Below are positions 19,861 to 29,456 of a stretch of 64,000 nucleotides of DNA, piece by piece. The position numbers and the translations under genes are program-made. The stretch's first letter is position 1. Every line of letters begins with the position of its first letter. The DNA is from a virus (lineage: Duplodnaviria; Caudoviricetes), in IMG/VR virus record IMGVR_UViG_3300032303_003166, positions 1 through 64,000 of that record; one strand, 5' to 3'. The notes under the pieces are model-generated. The model was not told where the DNA came from. It saw nothing but the letters and a program-made list of their open reading frames with translations, and did not search any database.

Positions 19861-20069
19861 TATTTTTCTCCGAAATAAAATCTATATTCTTTTTTCTTAA
19901 CGTTTTTCGTATATAAACGAATTTCTTAAAAAATTCTTATTTTGTTCGATATATAGATCGATCTTTTTCGGGTATATAACATCCCAACTTATTCATATTG
20001 TATAATAGATAAGGAGACTGGCCAACGACCTGTCTCCATTCTCTGTTTAATTAATTAGTATACTTAATA

Positions 20070-20699
20070 CTATTTATCACACATTGCGCAGTGTCCATCC
20101 GCTTCTAGCTTGCAACCACAATCAGGACACATTCCATCTTTTTGACCGTATTCTTCTACTAGAAGTTGCGCTTCTTTAGAAGTAATAATTTTTGATTCAT
20201 ATGCATGATTAATATCATTCATTGTAATTTTTGATTTACCAAGCTTTGCCTCTTGAATAGAGATTGTCTTGTCAAAAAACTCTCTAGCTAAAGATACAGC
20301 GTCTTCTCCACCTTCTAATCTTTGTCGAATATAATCTCTATCAGCTATTTGATCTAAGACGCCTTCAACATCTTCATGTCTCCAGCCTTCTTCATCTACA
20401 AGCTTATCAGTTACTAGTTTACGAACATGGTCAACGGTCATATCCATATCGTCTTCAGGTTCTTGAGCAAAGTTATCGTCAGACATCCATTGATCGTTGT
20501 AGTTTTCTGTAACTTGGGATGTTCGCTTGACACCATGTTTTGAAAGAATACTTTTGGATCTTACTTCTACACCACCGGATTCAAGAAGAAACTTTGCCTC
20601 TTGAATAGAAATAGTTTTGTTAATAACTGCTTCTAGAATATCTTTTGATGTAATTTTCATTAGTTTTTTTCCTATTACTTCTTGTGCTTTGAAGACCAT
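20070..20699 (-). CDS. Putative internal head protein with repeated KIT..DI.EA...KTIS..EA motif and C-terminal Zn ribbon
   Basis: Internal repeats; CPDC...CAMC; lies in the head operon. Confidence 0.55.
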   Translation of the reverse strand: MVFKAQEVIGKKLMKITSKDILEAVINKTISIQEAKFLLESGGVEVRSKSILSKHGVKRTSQVTENYNDQWMSDDNFAQEPEDDMDMTVDHVRKLVTDKLVDEEGWRHEDVEGVLDQIADRDYIRQRLEGGEDAVSLAREFFDKTISIQEAKLGKSKITMNDINHAYESKIITSKEAQLLVEEYGQKDGMCPDCGCKLEADGHCAMCDK

Positions 20700-22423
20700 G
20701 AACGGTCGCTTGCTTCAACATCAATTTGCTCTTGAAATCTTGAAAGAACAGGACTGATGTCTTTTACGAAACCAACGCTCTCTTGTAGAGCAGCTCTTTC
20801 ATTAATACCAATGCCAGATCCACCAGGAACACCTAGGCTGGCATAGTAGTCAGCGCCCTCATTGAGTGAAGGAAGAACCTTAAGATATACGCCTTGAGCT
20901 TCTTTCATGGTTCTGCAACGAAGAATTCTTTCTTTGTAAGGAAGAATTGAGCTGCCGTGACGTGAAATTAGGTCAGTCCAATAGGATTCAACGTCTGATT
21001 TCTCATTGATGTTCAAGATCTCACCAAGTCTTTCCTTGGCAGTGGGAACCAGCGGAGCTTTTTTCTCAACTTTTACTTCATCAATCTTCTTGTTAAACAT
21101 TGCTTTCATTTCTTTAATTGCGGCATTACGTGAAACAACCATGTCTGAAAGAATCTTGTTTCTCTTCTCTAGTCTGGTAACATGCGCATTGGCTTCTTCA
21201 AGCTGAGTGGAAATGCTATCATGTTGTTCTGAGGCTTCAGTTAGCTTTGAAGCGCCATTTGAAAGAATCTTGTGTGATCTTTCTTTAAGAGTGGAAACTT
21301 GCTTGTCTCGTTCTTTAAGAGCGCCTTGAAGATATTGAATCTTGTCGGCTAGTGAGGCAGCGTAATTGGCTGAAGGAGTGGTTGCAAGCTTGGCCTTGGC
21401 TTTCTTAAGTGACTCTGAGAGCACATTGGCAATCTTTTCCCAATCTTTGGCTTCTTGAGCAGCAACTTGAACTTCAGCGGCCAGGAGAGAAACTCCTTCT
21501 TTAAGCTTTTGAGTATTTTCAACTCCAAAGTCTTTTTCTACTTGTCCAGCTTCTGAGAGCATTGAAGAAATCTTGGCTTTCTGACCTTCAATTTTCTTCT
21601 CTACAGCCTCTCTTAGTTCAGGAGCTGCTCCATTATTAAACATGGAAAGAAGATCTTCCATTTCTGCAAGCTTCTTTTGTGGATCTGAGATCTTTTCAGC
21701 GTCATTTAGGAAAGTTTCAATGTCCTTTCTAAAACGCTTTTCTTCTAACTTAGAGATAGTTACGCTCTCTGACATTCTGATGTTCCCCTTATCTGGAAGG
21801 TTTGTTTCAACAGACTCTGTCTGTTGACGGCCAGTATTTGAACTTACCGATTCCCGCTTGTTATTTGCTGTACCAAACACGTTTTGTGAAGGATTAAGCA
21901 CAATGTCTGCAATTCTTTCAATGAGATAGGTTTTTGGGTCAACTCGTCCACCCTCAAGCAGGTCACCAAGACCTGATGAAGAGAATCCTACTCTCCCACC
22001 CTTGCGGATAATGTCCTCGGCAAGAGTACCATAATTTCCTACGAATGCGCATGTACCCCAAACTACTTGATTTTCATCAAGTTTGAGGTCTAGCCACACA
22101 ACAGCAGCTTCTTTAAAGTTACCATCACTATCGTTACTTGGGTGGTCTGCGAGGCCCAGTCCCCCTTCCCAAATATGTCTTTGTTCGGAAATAACTCTCT
22201 CCCAGAGAGCTTTCTCATAAATTCTTCCATTAGCATTTGTTGTATCATAACGTGAAACAGGCATTTCCCAAAGAGTTACACCCTCGGTTAATGAAGCGCC
22301 CTCAGTTAACTTATTACCATTATAATGATTTAAAAGAGATTCACGTAATGCTGGATCTTCAACTTTTCTAATCTGTTTTTGAAGATCGGTGGTCATACTA
22401 AAACTTTCTACAAGCTTGATCAT
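20675..22423 (-). CDS. Prohead protease (gp21-like) fused to coiled-coil scaffold
   Basis: NANGRIYE, GLADHP, VGFSSSGLG, DIVLNPS, then ~350 aa of coiled coil. Confidence 0.88.
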   Translation of the reverse strand: MIKLVESFSMTTDLQKQIRKVEDPALRESLLNHYNGNKLTEGASLTEGVTLWEMPVSRYDTTNANGRIYEKALWERVISEQRHIWEGGLGLADHPSNDSDGNFKEAAVVWLDLKLDENQVVWGTCAFVGNYGTLAEDIIRKGGRVGFSSSGLGDLLEGGRVDPKTYLIERIADIVLNPSQNVFGTANNKRESVSSNTGRQQTESVETNLPDKGNIRMSESVTISKLEEKRFRKDIETFLNDAEKISDPQKKLAEMEDLLSMFNNGAAPELREAVEKKIEGQKAKISSMLSEAGQVEKDFGVENTQKLKEGVSLLAAEVQVAAQEAKDWEKIANVLSESLKKAKAKLATTPSANYAASLADKIQYLQGALKERDKQVSTLKERSHKILSNGASKLTEASEQHDSISTQLEEANAHVTRLEKRNKILSDMVVSRNAAIKEMKAMFNKKIDEVKVEKKAPLVPTAKERLGEILNINEKSDVESYWTDLISRHGSSILPYKERILRCRTMKEAQGVYLKVLPSLNEGADYYASLGVPGGSGIGINERAALQESVGFVKDISPVLSRFQEQIDVEASDRSWSSKHKK

Positions 22424-22457
22424 TCTCTATATCCTTTAACTATTAATTAGTAATAGA

Positions 22458-24608
22458 TTAGTCAATTTCTTTACTTTTCATCACTTCTGATAGCAAGTCT
22501 TCTTTTCCGTCATTAAATTCTTTTCTTGATTGATTAATATGATCTGTTAGTGTGGTTTTTGTTTCTTTAATTCTTCTAGAGCCAAGCTGAGTACCCTTGC
22601 TGCTTGCAAGTACTTCAAGGAAATGTGAAGAGGAATTTTCCACATAATTCATTAGCTTAACATGTTTCTTGTTTTTTGTGAACTCCATGATGTTATTTTC
22701 CACCAAAGAATTAATATATATCTGACTCTTGGTTTCAGTATAACGCTTGCTTAATTCTTTAAATCGTTTGGCGTGTAGCTCTCTAAGGACATTGGCTCGT
22801 GATTTACTTTGTAATCCTTCACCAAAATCAAAATCATTTTCAACGTCTGGAGCAGGAGTCTCTTCTTCTGGTGTTTCAGTTTCTTCTTCTGGTGGTGTGG
22901 TTCCGCCGCCACCACCACCGCCGCCGCCTAAATCTGCACCAAGATCTGAACCACCACTTTCTTCATTATCTCCAGATTTCATTTTTCCAATAGCTGAAGT
23001 CCAATAAATGTTGGCATCATTTGTCCATTTTGCAATATCTTCTGGAGATAGGAAACTATATTTACTTAAAATATCTTTAATAACTGCAGGAGGCAGCTCT
23101 TCTTCCTCAGAGGTTCCAAGAGCAAGTTTAAGAGCATCAATAATTCCTGAAACCAAATCCAATGAGTTATTACGTATATTTGTTCTATCATCAGACATCT
23201 CTTCTGCAGGAAAACGCATTGAAAGAGTGAATGGAGTCTTATAATCAAATTCACCAGTAAGAGCAAAATGAAGACGAACCAGAGATTCAAGTCCATCCAA
23301 AAATGAGGATTGAAGTGTGTAAATCTTTCTCGCAAATGGTTTATATTGCTCCATAAGAGAGATGGCACTGTTTCCAAATCCACCAAACTCTTGATCAACA
23401 TAGCCTTTTGGCATACCGGTTGCAATAAGAACACGATCAAAATACATTTCAAGGTCTTTAACAAAGTCAATGTCAACTTCTGGTTTATGTATATCCAAAT
23501 CCACAAGACCTTCAGGAATCCACATCTTGGTATTAACAGAGTATACTTCTGATTGACCTGAAGCAGGTGTTACACCAACATTCTCATACTCTTGTCGTAC
23601 TTTTTCAACCACCTGAAACTGTGATACTTCATCCATGCCTGGAGTGGTCTTTATACTATAAACATGCACTGGAAAGCTCATGGTTCTGGCAAGAGCTTGT
23701 AAGGTTTGAGTGGACTGAGATAGCTTAAAAGGAATTAAACAATCTATTAGGTCTGTACGACCATAAGGAAACATTTCAGATCCTTCAGCATTTATTCTAA
23801 AGTGAGTAATCTCCCAAGGCGGAACAACCATATCTTCATAAAGAGTGAAACCAAAAAGCTTGGTATCAAAGATATCAGTAACATTACTTCCATCTCCCTC
23901 TTCTCCTTGAAGATTGGCAATCATCATTTGAATTTGAGCATCTTTGGCTAAGAGATTGGAGTATCCTCTTAGTTCATTAAGAGAGCTCATTACATTAACT
24001 GGATTAAATTCAAGACGTGATAAGATTTGTTTTACTGATAGTGGAAAAATCTTTTCCACGCCTTTCTCTGAAACTTTTTGACCCCAGAAAGCATCGCCAT
24101 ATTTAGCAATAGAAAAGATTGTGGATCTTATTCTATTTTGAGTAAGTCCCCATTGTCTAAATAATGAATAAATACGATTTGTAAGACGAGTGTCTGGCGC
24201 TTCAACTGAAATAATGTTGTCTTGAACGTCCAATTGCGTGGCTTCATCAGCTTGAAGATTTAGGTATCTGGAGATAAACGGATCTGTTTGAGCCATGAAA
24301 TCAATCTCTGAAACCAGCTTCATTCTGTCCTGATAACTCAGGTCAGTAACATCACTTAGGTAAGCATCAAAAAGCTTTTCAAGTCTCTCAGAACCATTTC
24401 CACGTAAGATATTACTTTGATTTAAAAGATCTTCAAACTTATTGGGTTCTCGCATCTTTACAAATTCAATATTGGTATTCTTAGATCTTATGGTCGAATT
24501 GGATTTTTTATCACCGGGTATAAAGCCACCAACAAGTGCTGCAACCGATTTCCAGAATCCTCTTCGAGCTATTTTTGACTGTAATTGTCCATCATTTATA
24601 TCACTCAT
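22458..24608 (-). CDS. Portal protein (T4 gp20-like)
   Basis: KYGDAF, EITHFR...FPYG, DLEMY...GMPKGY; acidic/Gly-rich C-terminal extension. Confidence 0.85.
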   Translation of the reverse strand: MSDINDGQLQSKIARRGFWKSVAALVGGFIPGDKKSNSTIRSKNTNIEFVKMREPNKFEDLLNQSNILRGNGSERLEKLFDAYLSDVTDLSYQDRMKLVSEIDFMAQTDPFISRYLNLQADEATQLDVQDNIISVEAPDTRLTNRIYSLFRQWGLTQNRIRSTIFSIAKYGDAFWGQKVSEKGVEKIFPLSVKQILSRLEFNPVNVMSSLNELRGYSNLLAKDAQIQMMIANLQGEEGDGSNVTDIFDTKLFGFTLYEDMVVPPWEITHFRINAEGSEMFPYGRTDLIDCLIPFKLSQSTQTLQALARTMSFPVHVYSIKTTPGMDEVSQFQVVEKVRQEYENVGVTPASGQSEVYSVNTKMWIPEGLVDLDIHKPEVDIDFVKDLEMYFDRVLIATGMPKGYVDQEFGGFGNSAISLMEQYKPFARKIYTLQSSFLDGLESLVRLHFALTGEFDYKTPFTLSMRFPAEEMSDDRTNIRNNSLDLVSGIIDALKLALGTSEEEELPPAVIKDILSKYSFLSPEDIAKWTNDANIYWTSAIGKMKSGDNEESGGSDLGADLGGGGGGGGGTTPPEEETETPEEETPAPDVENDFDFGEGLQSKSRANVLRELHAKRFKELSKRYTETKSQIYINSLVENNIMEFTKNKKHVKLMNYVENSSSHFLEVLASSKGTQLGSRRIKETKTTLTDHINQSRKEFNDGKEDLLSEVMKSKEID

Positions 24609-24638
24609 AGTTATTTAGTAATAAAATTAGATAAGTGA

Positions 24639-24908
24639 TTAATAGTAAATTTTTTCTTTGCCACTAGGCCGTTTTGCTTTGTGCATAATATGTTTAGCAT
24701 AGTCTTGAGAGGCGTTATCTTCAGTACCTGCTCTCATGTATTCAGGAATATGGATACTAGACGTGCTATAACTTCTTTTAAGTGCCTCATTGCACACTTC
24801 ACAAACAATCTCTTTTTTCTCAATTAAAATTTCGTAAGCAGCAAAATTATCAAACTCTTTTTCTATTACCGTGTTGCAGGTCTCGCAATGAAAATCATAA
24901 AATACCAT
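24639..24908 (-). CDS. FmdB-like zinc-ribbon protein
   Basis: YDFHCETC...CEVC...LKR. Confidence 0.75.
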   Translation of the reverse strand: MVFYDFHCETCNTVIEKEFDNFAAYEILIEKKEIVCEVCNEALKRSYSTSSIHIPEYMRAGTEDNASQDYAKHIMHKAKRPSGKEKIYY

Positions 24909-24920
24909 GTTTTGTTCCTC

Positions 24921-25349
24921 CTAGAAATCAAACCGAAATACACCCTCTTTTTTTACTACATAATTATCTAGTTCACGAAACTCTTCTGCGTAAATAGATC
25001 GCTTTTCTTCTTTTCTTTTTGCAATCTCTTGCAAATCTTCAAATACATATGCTCTTAGCTCTCTTGGCGCCCATTGAACTCCTATTATAAATAAACATTT
25101 TGCATAAGGTATTTCTTTTTTTAAAGCTATAAGATTATCAATCTGATGCTGCTTAAGATCAGCAAAGTTAAATGCTTCTACTTTATGTAAATACTTTCCT
25201 TCCCAATAAACAGGAAATCCTTTGGAAGCTCCAAAGCCATCAAATGGTTTTTTAGCTGCAGCTGCCCCTAAAGATGCGTCCAAATCACTTATCTTATAAT
25301 ACCAATCAAGACTATCACCTATTACTTTATTTAAATCACTCTCTTTCAT
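24921..25349 (-). CDS. RecU-like Holliday junction resolvase
   Basis: KPFDGFG...VYWEGK...LKQHQIDNL. Confidence 0.7.
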   Translation of the reverse strand: MKESDLNKVIGDSLDWYYKISDLDASLGAAAAKKPFDGFGASKGFPVYWEGKYLHKVEAFNFADLKQHQIDNLIALKKEIPYAKCLFIIGVQWAPRELRAYVFEDLQEIAKRKEEKRSIYAEEFRELDNYVVKKEGVFRFDF

Positions 25350-25918
25350 ATGCCCAAGAACGCAGAATTTAAATCTCGTTCTTCTTGCATGATTTTATAC
25401 ATGTAAGCAATTGTTCTGTCTGGTGCTACGCCCTGTTGTACACGATAGGGCCCTGCGTTATAAGCCATAATGGCGTCTTCCCAAGATCCTAAGCGATCAT
25501 ACATATCTCGTAAATATCTTAGCCCTAAGGATACGTTGATTTCTGGATTAAATAATTGTTTTCTTGTATGAGTGTGAAATGTTGAGCTATTCAGTTGCAT
25601 TAAACCAATGTCTATTGTTCCATTTTTATTAATGTTGGTTGCTTGTGGATCAAATCCAGACTCTGTATCAATAAGAGCAAGAGCAAGATGAATGGGAACG
25701 CCGCATTCTTTTGCTTTTTCAAAAATCATTGCGCTATAAGGGCTCTTATATAAGTATTGAGTCTCTTTTAAAGAGTTACTTACAATGCTTCTTATAACTG
25801 AAATATCCGCTTTTCTTAGGTCAACATGCTGATCTTTTGTGATAGACCGGGTGGTAGCTCCAAATAAAAAAATAATAGCACCAAATAGTACAGCAAAACC
25901 CAATATAACGTTTTTCAT
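25346..25918 (-). CDS. Membrane-anchored SLT lytic transglycosylase (possible endolysin)
   Basis: N-terminal hydrophobic segment; TESGF, GLMQLN, AYNAG motifs. Confidence 0.9.
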   Translation of the reverse strand: MKNVILGFAVLFGAIIFLFGATTRSITKDQHVDLRKADISVIRSIVSNSLKETQYLYKSPYSAMIFEKAKECGVPIHLALALIDTESGFDPQATNINKNGTIDIGLMQLNSSTFHTHTRKQLFNPEINVSLGLRYLRDMYDRLGSWEDAIMAYNAGPYRVQQGVAPDRTIAYMYKIMQEERDLNSAFLGI

Positions 25919-25941
25919 TTTAAAAAACTATTCAATATTCC

Positions 25942-26292
25942 TTAAATCTTGGTTAAGTAATAGGTCACATCGTATGCAGTAGCCGGCGTAGAAACTATTT
26001 GATATTCAGTATCGGCCGTAAAAATGCCAGTTCTTGCTATATCACTAAACATTGATCTATTTAAAATAACATATTCATTAATAACTGGCGTATCAAGAAT
26101 TTCAATTGTAGCTACAATTCCGGTGTAAACTGTTATAGTATCAGTTTCTGCAGCTGCTTGTGTTATAATTTTTATCAAAACTTTATCAATCATATACCCA
26201 GCTGGAAAAATTATATAGTCTCCATTAGATACGGATGGACAATACAATTTAATTTCATCTGATCCTAAAATTTTAGCAAAAGTGTTAGCCAT
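25942..26292 (-). CDS. Putative structural protein, paralog family member
   Basis: NGDYIIFPAGYMIDKV resembles QGDSFVLPNGWSITKV of 16233..16970. Confidence 0.5.
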   Translation of the reverse strand: MANTFAKILGSDEIKLYCPSVSNGDYIIFPAGYMIDKVLIKIITQAAAETDTITVYTGIVATIEILDTPVINEYVILNRSMFSDIARTGIFTADTEYQIVSTPATAYDVTYYLTKI

Positions 26293-26342
26293 TAATAAAT
26301 CTCCAAAAGAAAATATAACAATAAAATAGCTTTCTTATTGTT

Positions 26343-26354
26343 GACTAATTAGTA
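26343..26354. promoter_or_regulatory. Palindromic bidirectional late-type promoter (GACTAATTAGTA)
   Basis: Contains the motif on both strands, between divergent genes. Confidence 0.65.
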
Positions 26355-26380
26355 ATTGGCTTCTATATGTGAGGAAACTG

Positions 26381-26980
26381 GTGTGGAAAATGATAAGAAA
26401 AAAAGCTTTACTTTTTTTGGATTTAGGCCAAGCATCAAAACTGTTCTTATTGCTCTTGCTGGTCTGTTTGCTATCTCCTTCACTGTTTACACAGGAGACG
26501 TCATCTACAACACCCTTACCGGAACCAGTGACAGTAAACTTACCACAATTATTAAACAGTTACAAGACGATCAAGCTACAGTTAGACAAAATATTAGTGG
26601 ACTACAAGACGCGCTTAATAGAACTTCAGACAGCGTTATCAGCCTCACAGGGCAATTATCTGCAATTGCAAGCACAATTGACAATATTGCAACAGTCCAA
26701 TCAGGAATTAAGCGATCTATCCAAGACTCTGCAAAGTCAATTGGAATTATTAGTAGATCAGTTGAAGACCTCAAAGGAAACCTTGGTGCAATTAACGAAG
26801 GAATTACAAGACTCCAAGGATCAAATAGCAGTTTTGAAAACCAATTACAGCAATTTGGAAACCTCAATCAACAGTTTGAAAACTATATCACAAAGCCTTG
26901 AACTCCAAAGAAATTTACTTCTCTGGGGAGTTCCAGTGGCTTTGATAATAGGCTTTGCTGCTGGCTGGTTCTTACATTAA
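26381..26980 (+). CDS. Overprinted spanin-like protein (signal peptide, coiled coil, C-terminal TM)
   Basis: LFLLLLLVCLLSPSLFT-QE signal, Leu heptads, LLLWGVPVALIIGFAAGWF anchor. Confidence 0.55.
   Translation: MWKMIRKKALLFLDLGQASKLFLLLLLVCLLSPSLFTQETSSTTPLPEPVTVNLPQLLNSYKTIKLQLDKILVDYKTRLIELQTALSASQGNYLQLQAQLTILQQSNQELSDLSKTLQSQLELLVDQLKTSKETLVQLTKELQDSKDQIAVLKTNYSNLETSINSLKTISQSLELQRNLLLWGVPVALIIGFAAGWFLH
26383..26901 (+). CDS. i-spanin-like protein (N-terminal TM plus coiled coil)
   Basis: TM segment VLIALAGLFAISFTVY then heptads; GTG start 8 nt after GAGG. Confidence 0.55.
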   Translation: MENDKKKSFTFFGFRPSIKTVLIALAGLFAISFTVYTGDVIYNTLTGTSDSKLTTIIKQLQDDQATVRQNISGLQDALNRTSDSVISLTGQLSAIASTIDNIATVQSGIKRSIQDSAKSIGIISRSVEDLKGNLGAINEGITRLQGSNSSFENQLQQFGNLNQQFENYITKP

Positions 26981-27618
26981 GAATTCATATAAGATGAAAC
27001 TTTTGCTCTAATGTTATTGGTGATCTTGTAATAAACATTAGTGGTAATTCCCATTTCTTTTTTGATTTCAGAGATAGATAAGCCGCGCTTTTTAAGAGCA
27101 GAGATCTTGAATTCTTCACTACTCAAATGCTTTTGTAGATCTTTAATAAAGAGTTCAGCTTTATGCTCATCATCATTCCTAATGAATTCATCTTCTGCAG
27201 AAATATGAGCATATTTTACAGAGTCTAGCATATTAGATTCCTCTTCGCCAAAAGACATGATTGGGCTCATTTCTTTATTTCCTTTAAGCGCTTTACGACG
27301 ATAAGTGCGGCGTAGATTAGACAGATAGAAACCATAAGGACCTAGAAACTTCCATTTATCATTCTCAACTTTTTCCATATTTGTATAGTTAAGAGCATCC
27401 ATAAATGCAACATATGAATCATTCTCAAAATCTGTTTTAAGATTTGCAAGATTGTTAGTGTAAGTCTTATTGTTAATCTTTTCAAGATTTAACCGAAGCT
27501 TTGACCAATGGTTATAAACAAAATTCTTATAACGAAAATATAGTTGATGAGTTGCCTCATCATTTCCTTGCTTTGCAAGTGTAGTTAAGCTGCGATCAGT
27601 CATCTTAGAATAGTCCAT
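26977..27618 (-). CDS. Sigma-70-like RNA polymerase sigma factor
   Basis: TDRSL..LAKQGNDEA..QLY.RYK region 2 start; C-terminal GLSISEI..EMGIT HTH. Confidence 0.75.
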   Translation of the reverse strand: MDYSKMTDRSLTTLAKQGNDEATHQLYFRYKNFVYNHWSKLRLNLEKINNKTYTNNLANLKTDFENDSYVAFMDALNYTNMEKVENDKWKFLGPYGFYLSNLRRTYRRKALKGNKEMSPIMSFGEEESNMLDSVKYAHISAEDEFIRNDDEHKAELFIKDLQKHLSSEEFKISALKKRGLSISEIKKEMGITTNVYYKITNNIRAKVSSYMNS

Positions 27619-27672
27619 GTATTCTCCTTGTAGGTCTAATATAATGCAGCGGTGGTGAATTGTAAAAAACTT

Positions 27673-28086
27673 TTATAGTTTTTCTTCTACAAAATTGCCT
27701 ATTTCATCAATAAATCGTACACGCTTAACACCAAACTCTTTAATGAGTTTCATGCATATGTGACAGGGACGAGAGAAAGATGGAGTGCCGTCATCAAGTT
27801 CACGATAAACATACATTGTAAGATTGTTGATGTCATGATGCTTTCTACGTACCAGTGCCATGAGCTCTGCATGGCTATTACGCAAGAAGTCTTCTCCCTC
27901 TTCATCAATATCTTGATACTCTGGATGAGTTTTTGAGAAAGTATTGTAACCCTTACTTACAACATTTTTGCCATTAATTAGAACAGCTCCCATTCTTTTG
28001 GATACCATTCGCGCGTTGGAGCTGTTTGAGGATGTTCTGGCCTGTCTAAAACCTAGTGCCCATCTCTCTGGCATCTTGTTGTGCAT
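27673..28086 (-). CDS. Zn-dependent cytidine/dCMP-type deaminase
   Basis: HAE and PCHIC motifs. Confidence 0.85.
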   Translation of the reverse strand: MHNKMPERWALGFRQARTSSNSSNARMVSKRMGAVLINGKNVVSKGYNTFSKTHPEYQDIDEEGEDFLRNSHAELMALVRRKHHDINNLTMYVYRELDDGTPSFSRPCHICMKLIKEFGVKRVRFIDEIGNFVEEKL

Positions 28087-28147
28087 ATGTACCTCTACTA
28101 AAGTAATATAATACGTGTTTGCACCGTGTAAAAAAGAATTTTACACC

Positions 28148-28252
28148 AGACTGCCATTATTGAGCAGTCTACAGTCTGCCATAAAATGGCAGCTATATAA
28201 TATCTATAATAGTAATAATATAATATCTATTCTCTTAGGAGACAGCGTCTCC
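28148..28252. repeat. Hairpin/AT-rich cassette, copy 1 (candidate origin)
   Basis: Three palindromic modules plus a 45-bp AT-rich spacer; homologous to 54005-54111. Confidence 0.8.
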
Positions 28253-28340
28253 ATGAATGCTTATCATTCTATAAGAAAAATCTTTATGGAAACTTAGAAA
28301 CCCTTGGTTATATGTATCTACAATAGGAGACTCTATAAAA

Positions 28341-29456
28341 ATGAAAGCTACTTTAAATCAGACTTTTTTGGATAGTGTGATTTCAATCAACCGTTATGTG
28401 TCAGTTATTAACGGTGTCAATTTGGACCGAAAGAAGATTGTATTTCTCTTCAAGAAATCTGGTGATTCTTCCTTATATTATATCAGCAATGGATTGTTTG
28501 CAAAAGCCAGCTTAGGATCACTATCCTGTGATGAAGATGCAAATTATGAAGTTGACTATGAAAAGTTTCTTCACCTAGTTCAAAATTCAAATGGTGACCT
28601 GGTAATTGAGGTCACTGATTCTACCATGAAAGTTACCACAGATGTGGCTATTGTGGACTTACTGTGTTCCAAGATTGAAGAAAAAGATCCCACCATGGAC
28701 ATTGTAAATGTGTTTAAGATTTCAGACTACTCTGAAAATATCTCATTGTCTGAGAATGTTATTGCTGGTATGGCCATGACCAATTCTCTCATTGCTCTTT
28801 CCAAGAACAATGCAGGATCTATATTTGACAATAAGGTTATGTACTCAGATAGATCTCAAATTTACACAAAAGATCTTGTTACCAAGTCTAACGTGGGAAT
28901 TTGTGATGATGGGTTGATTCTTCATAAGAATATTTTCTCAGTTCTTACAAACTTCTTTAAGTTTAACAAGAATGATCTCACTCAGGTTCTCTTAAAGAAG
29001 AAGCCCAAGACCTCTGACTCTTTTGTGATCTCAGACAACTCAATGGAGCTTTTTATTAGCAATGCTCAGGCTGAGGTTTCTCTTCCTACAGAAGATGATC
29101 TTAAATCTATTTGCCCAACTCATCATTCTTTCTCTCTTTCAAAAGAGGCTCTTGATGAACTGGTAGCATTCTTTTCTGGATTCTTTGTGGGCAACTCCTG
29201 GAAGCCGCTAACTTTTGTAAATAAAGACGGTGAACTTGAGGTTGAATATTCTGTACCGTCTGTAACTAATATCTCTAGAAAGGTTGGTCCACTAAACCCC
29301 GGATCTGCCTGGACCAAGTTTGTGGTTGACTCAGACTCGATCAAGAACTTTGTTTCAAAGCTTCAGGGTGAATTTGAATTCTATGTGGAAGAAAAGAAGC
29401 TAGGCATTCTTGTAAAGAATGGAACAGACAATATTGTATTTGCAAAGTTGGTATAA
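28341..29456 (+). CDS. Putative DNA sliding clamp (beta-clamp-like)
   Basis: 371 aa with three-fold beta/alpha pattern (VDYEKFLHLV, LILHKNIF..L, VDSDSIKNFV). Confidence 0.55.
   Translation: MKATLNQTFLDSVISINRYVSVINGVNLDRKKIVFLFKKSGDSSLYYISNGLFAKASLGSLSCDEDANYEVDYEKFLHLVQNSNGDLVIEVTDSTMKVTTDVAIVDLLCSKIEEKDPTMDIVNVFKISDYSENISLSENVIAGMAMTNSLIALSKNNAGSIFDNKVMYSDRSQIYTKDLVTKSNVGICDDGLILHKNIFSVLTNFFKFNKNDLTQVLLKKKPKTSDSFVISDNSMELFISNAQAEVSLPTEDDLKSICPTHHSFSLSKEALDELVAFFSGFFVGNSWKPLTFVNKDGELEVEYSVPSVTNISRKVGPLNPGSAWTKFVVDSDSIKNFVSKLQGEFEFYVEEKKLGILVKNGTDNIVFAKLV

Noticed and set aside
28115-28297. 60-aa ORF here, and the 54109..54459 minus ORF
   Set aside because: The first overlies the non-coding cassette; the second is antisense to RBS-supported genes.
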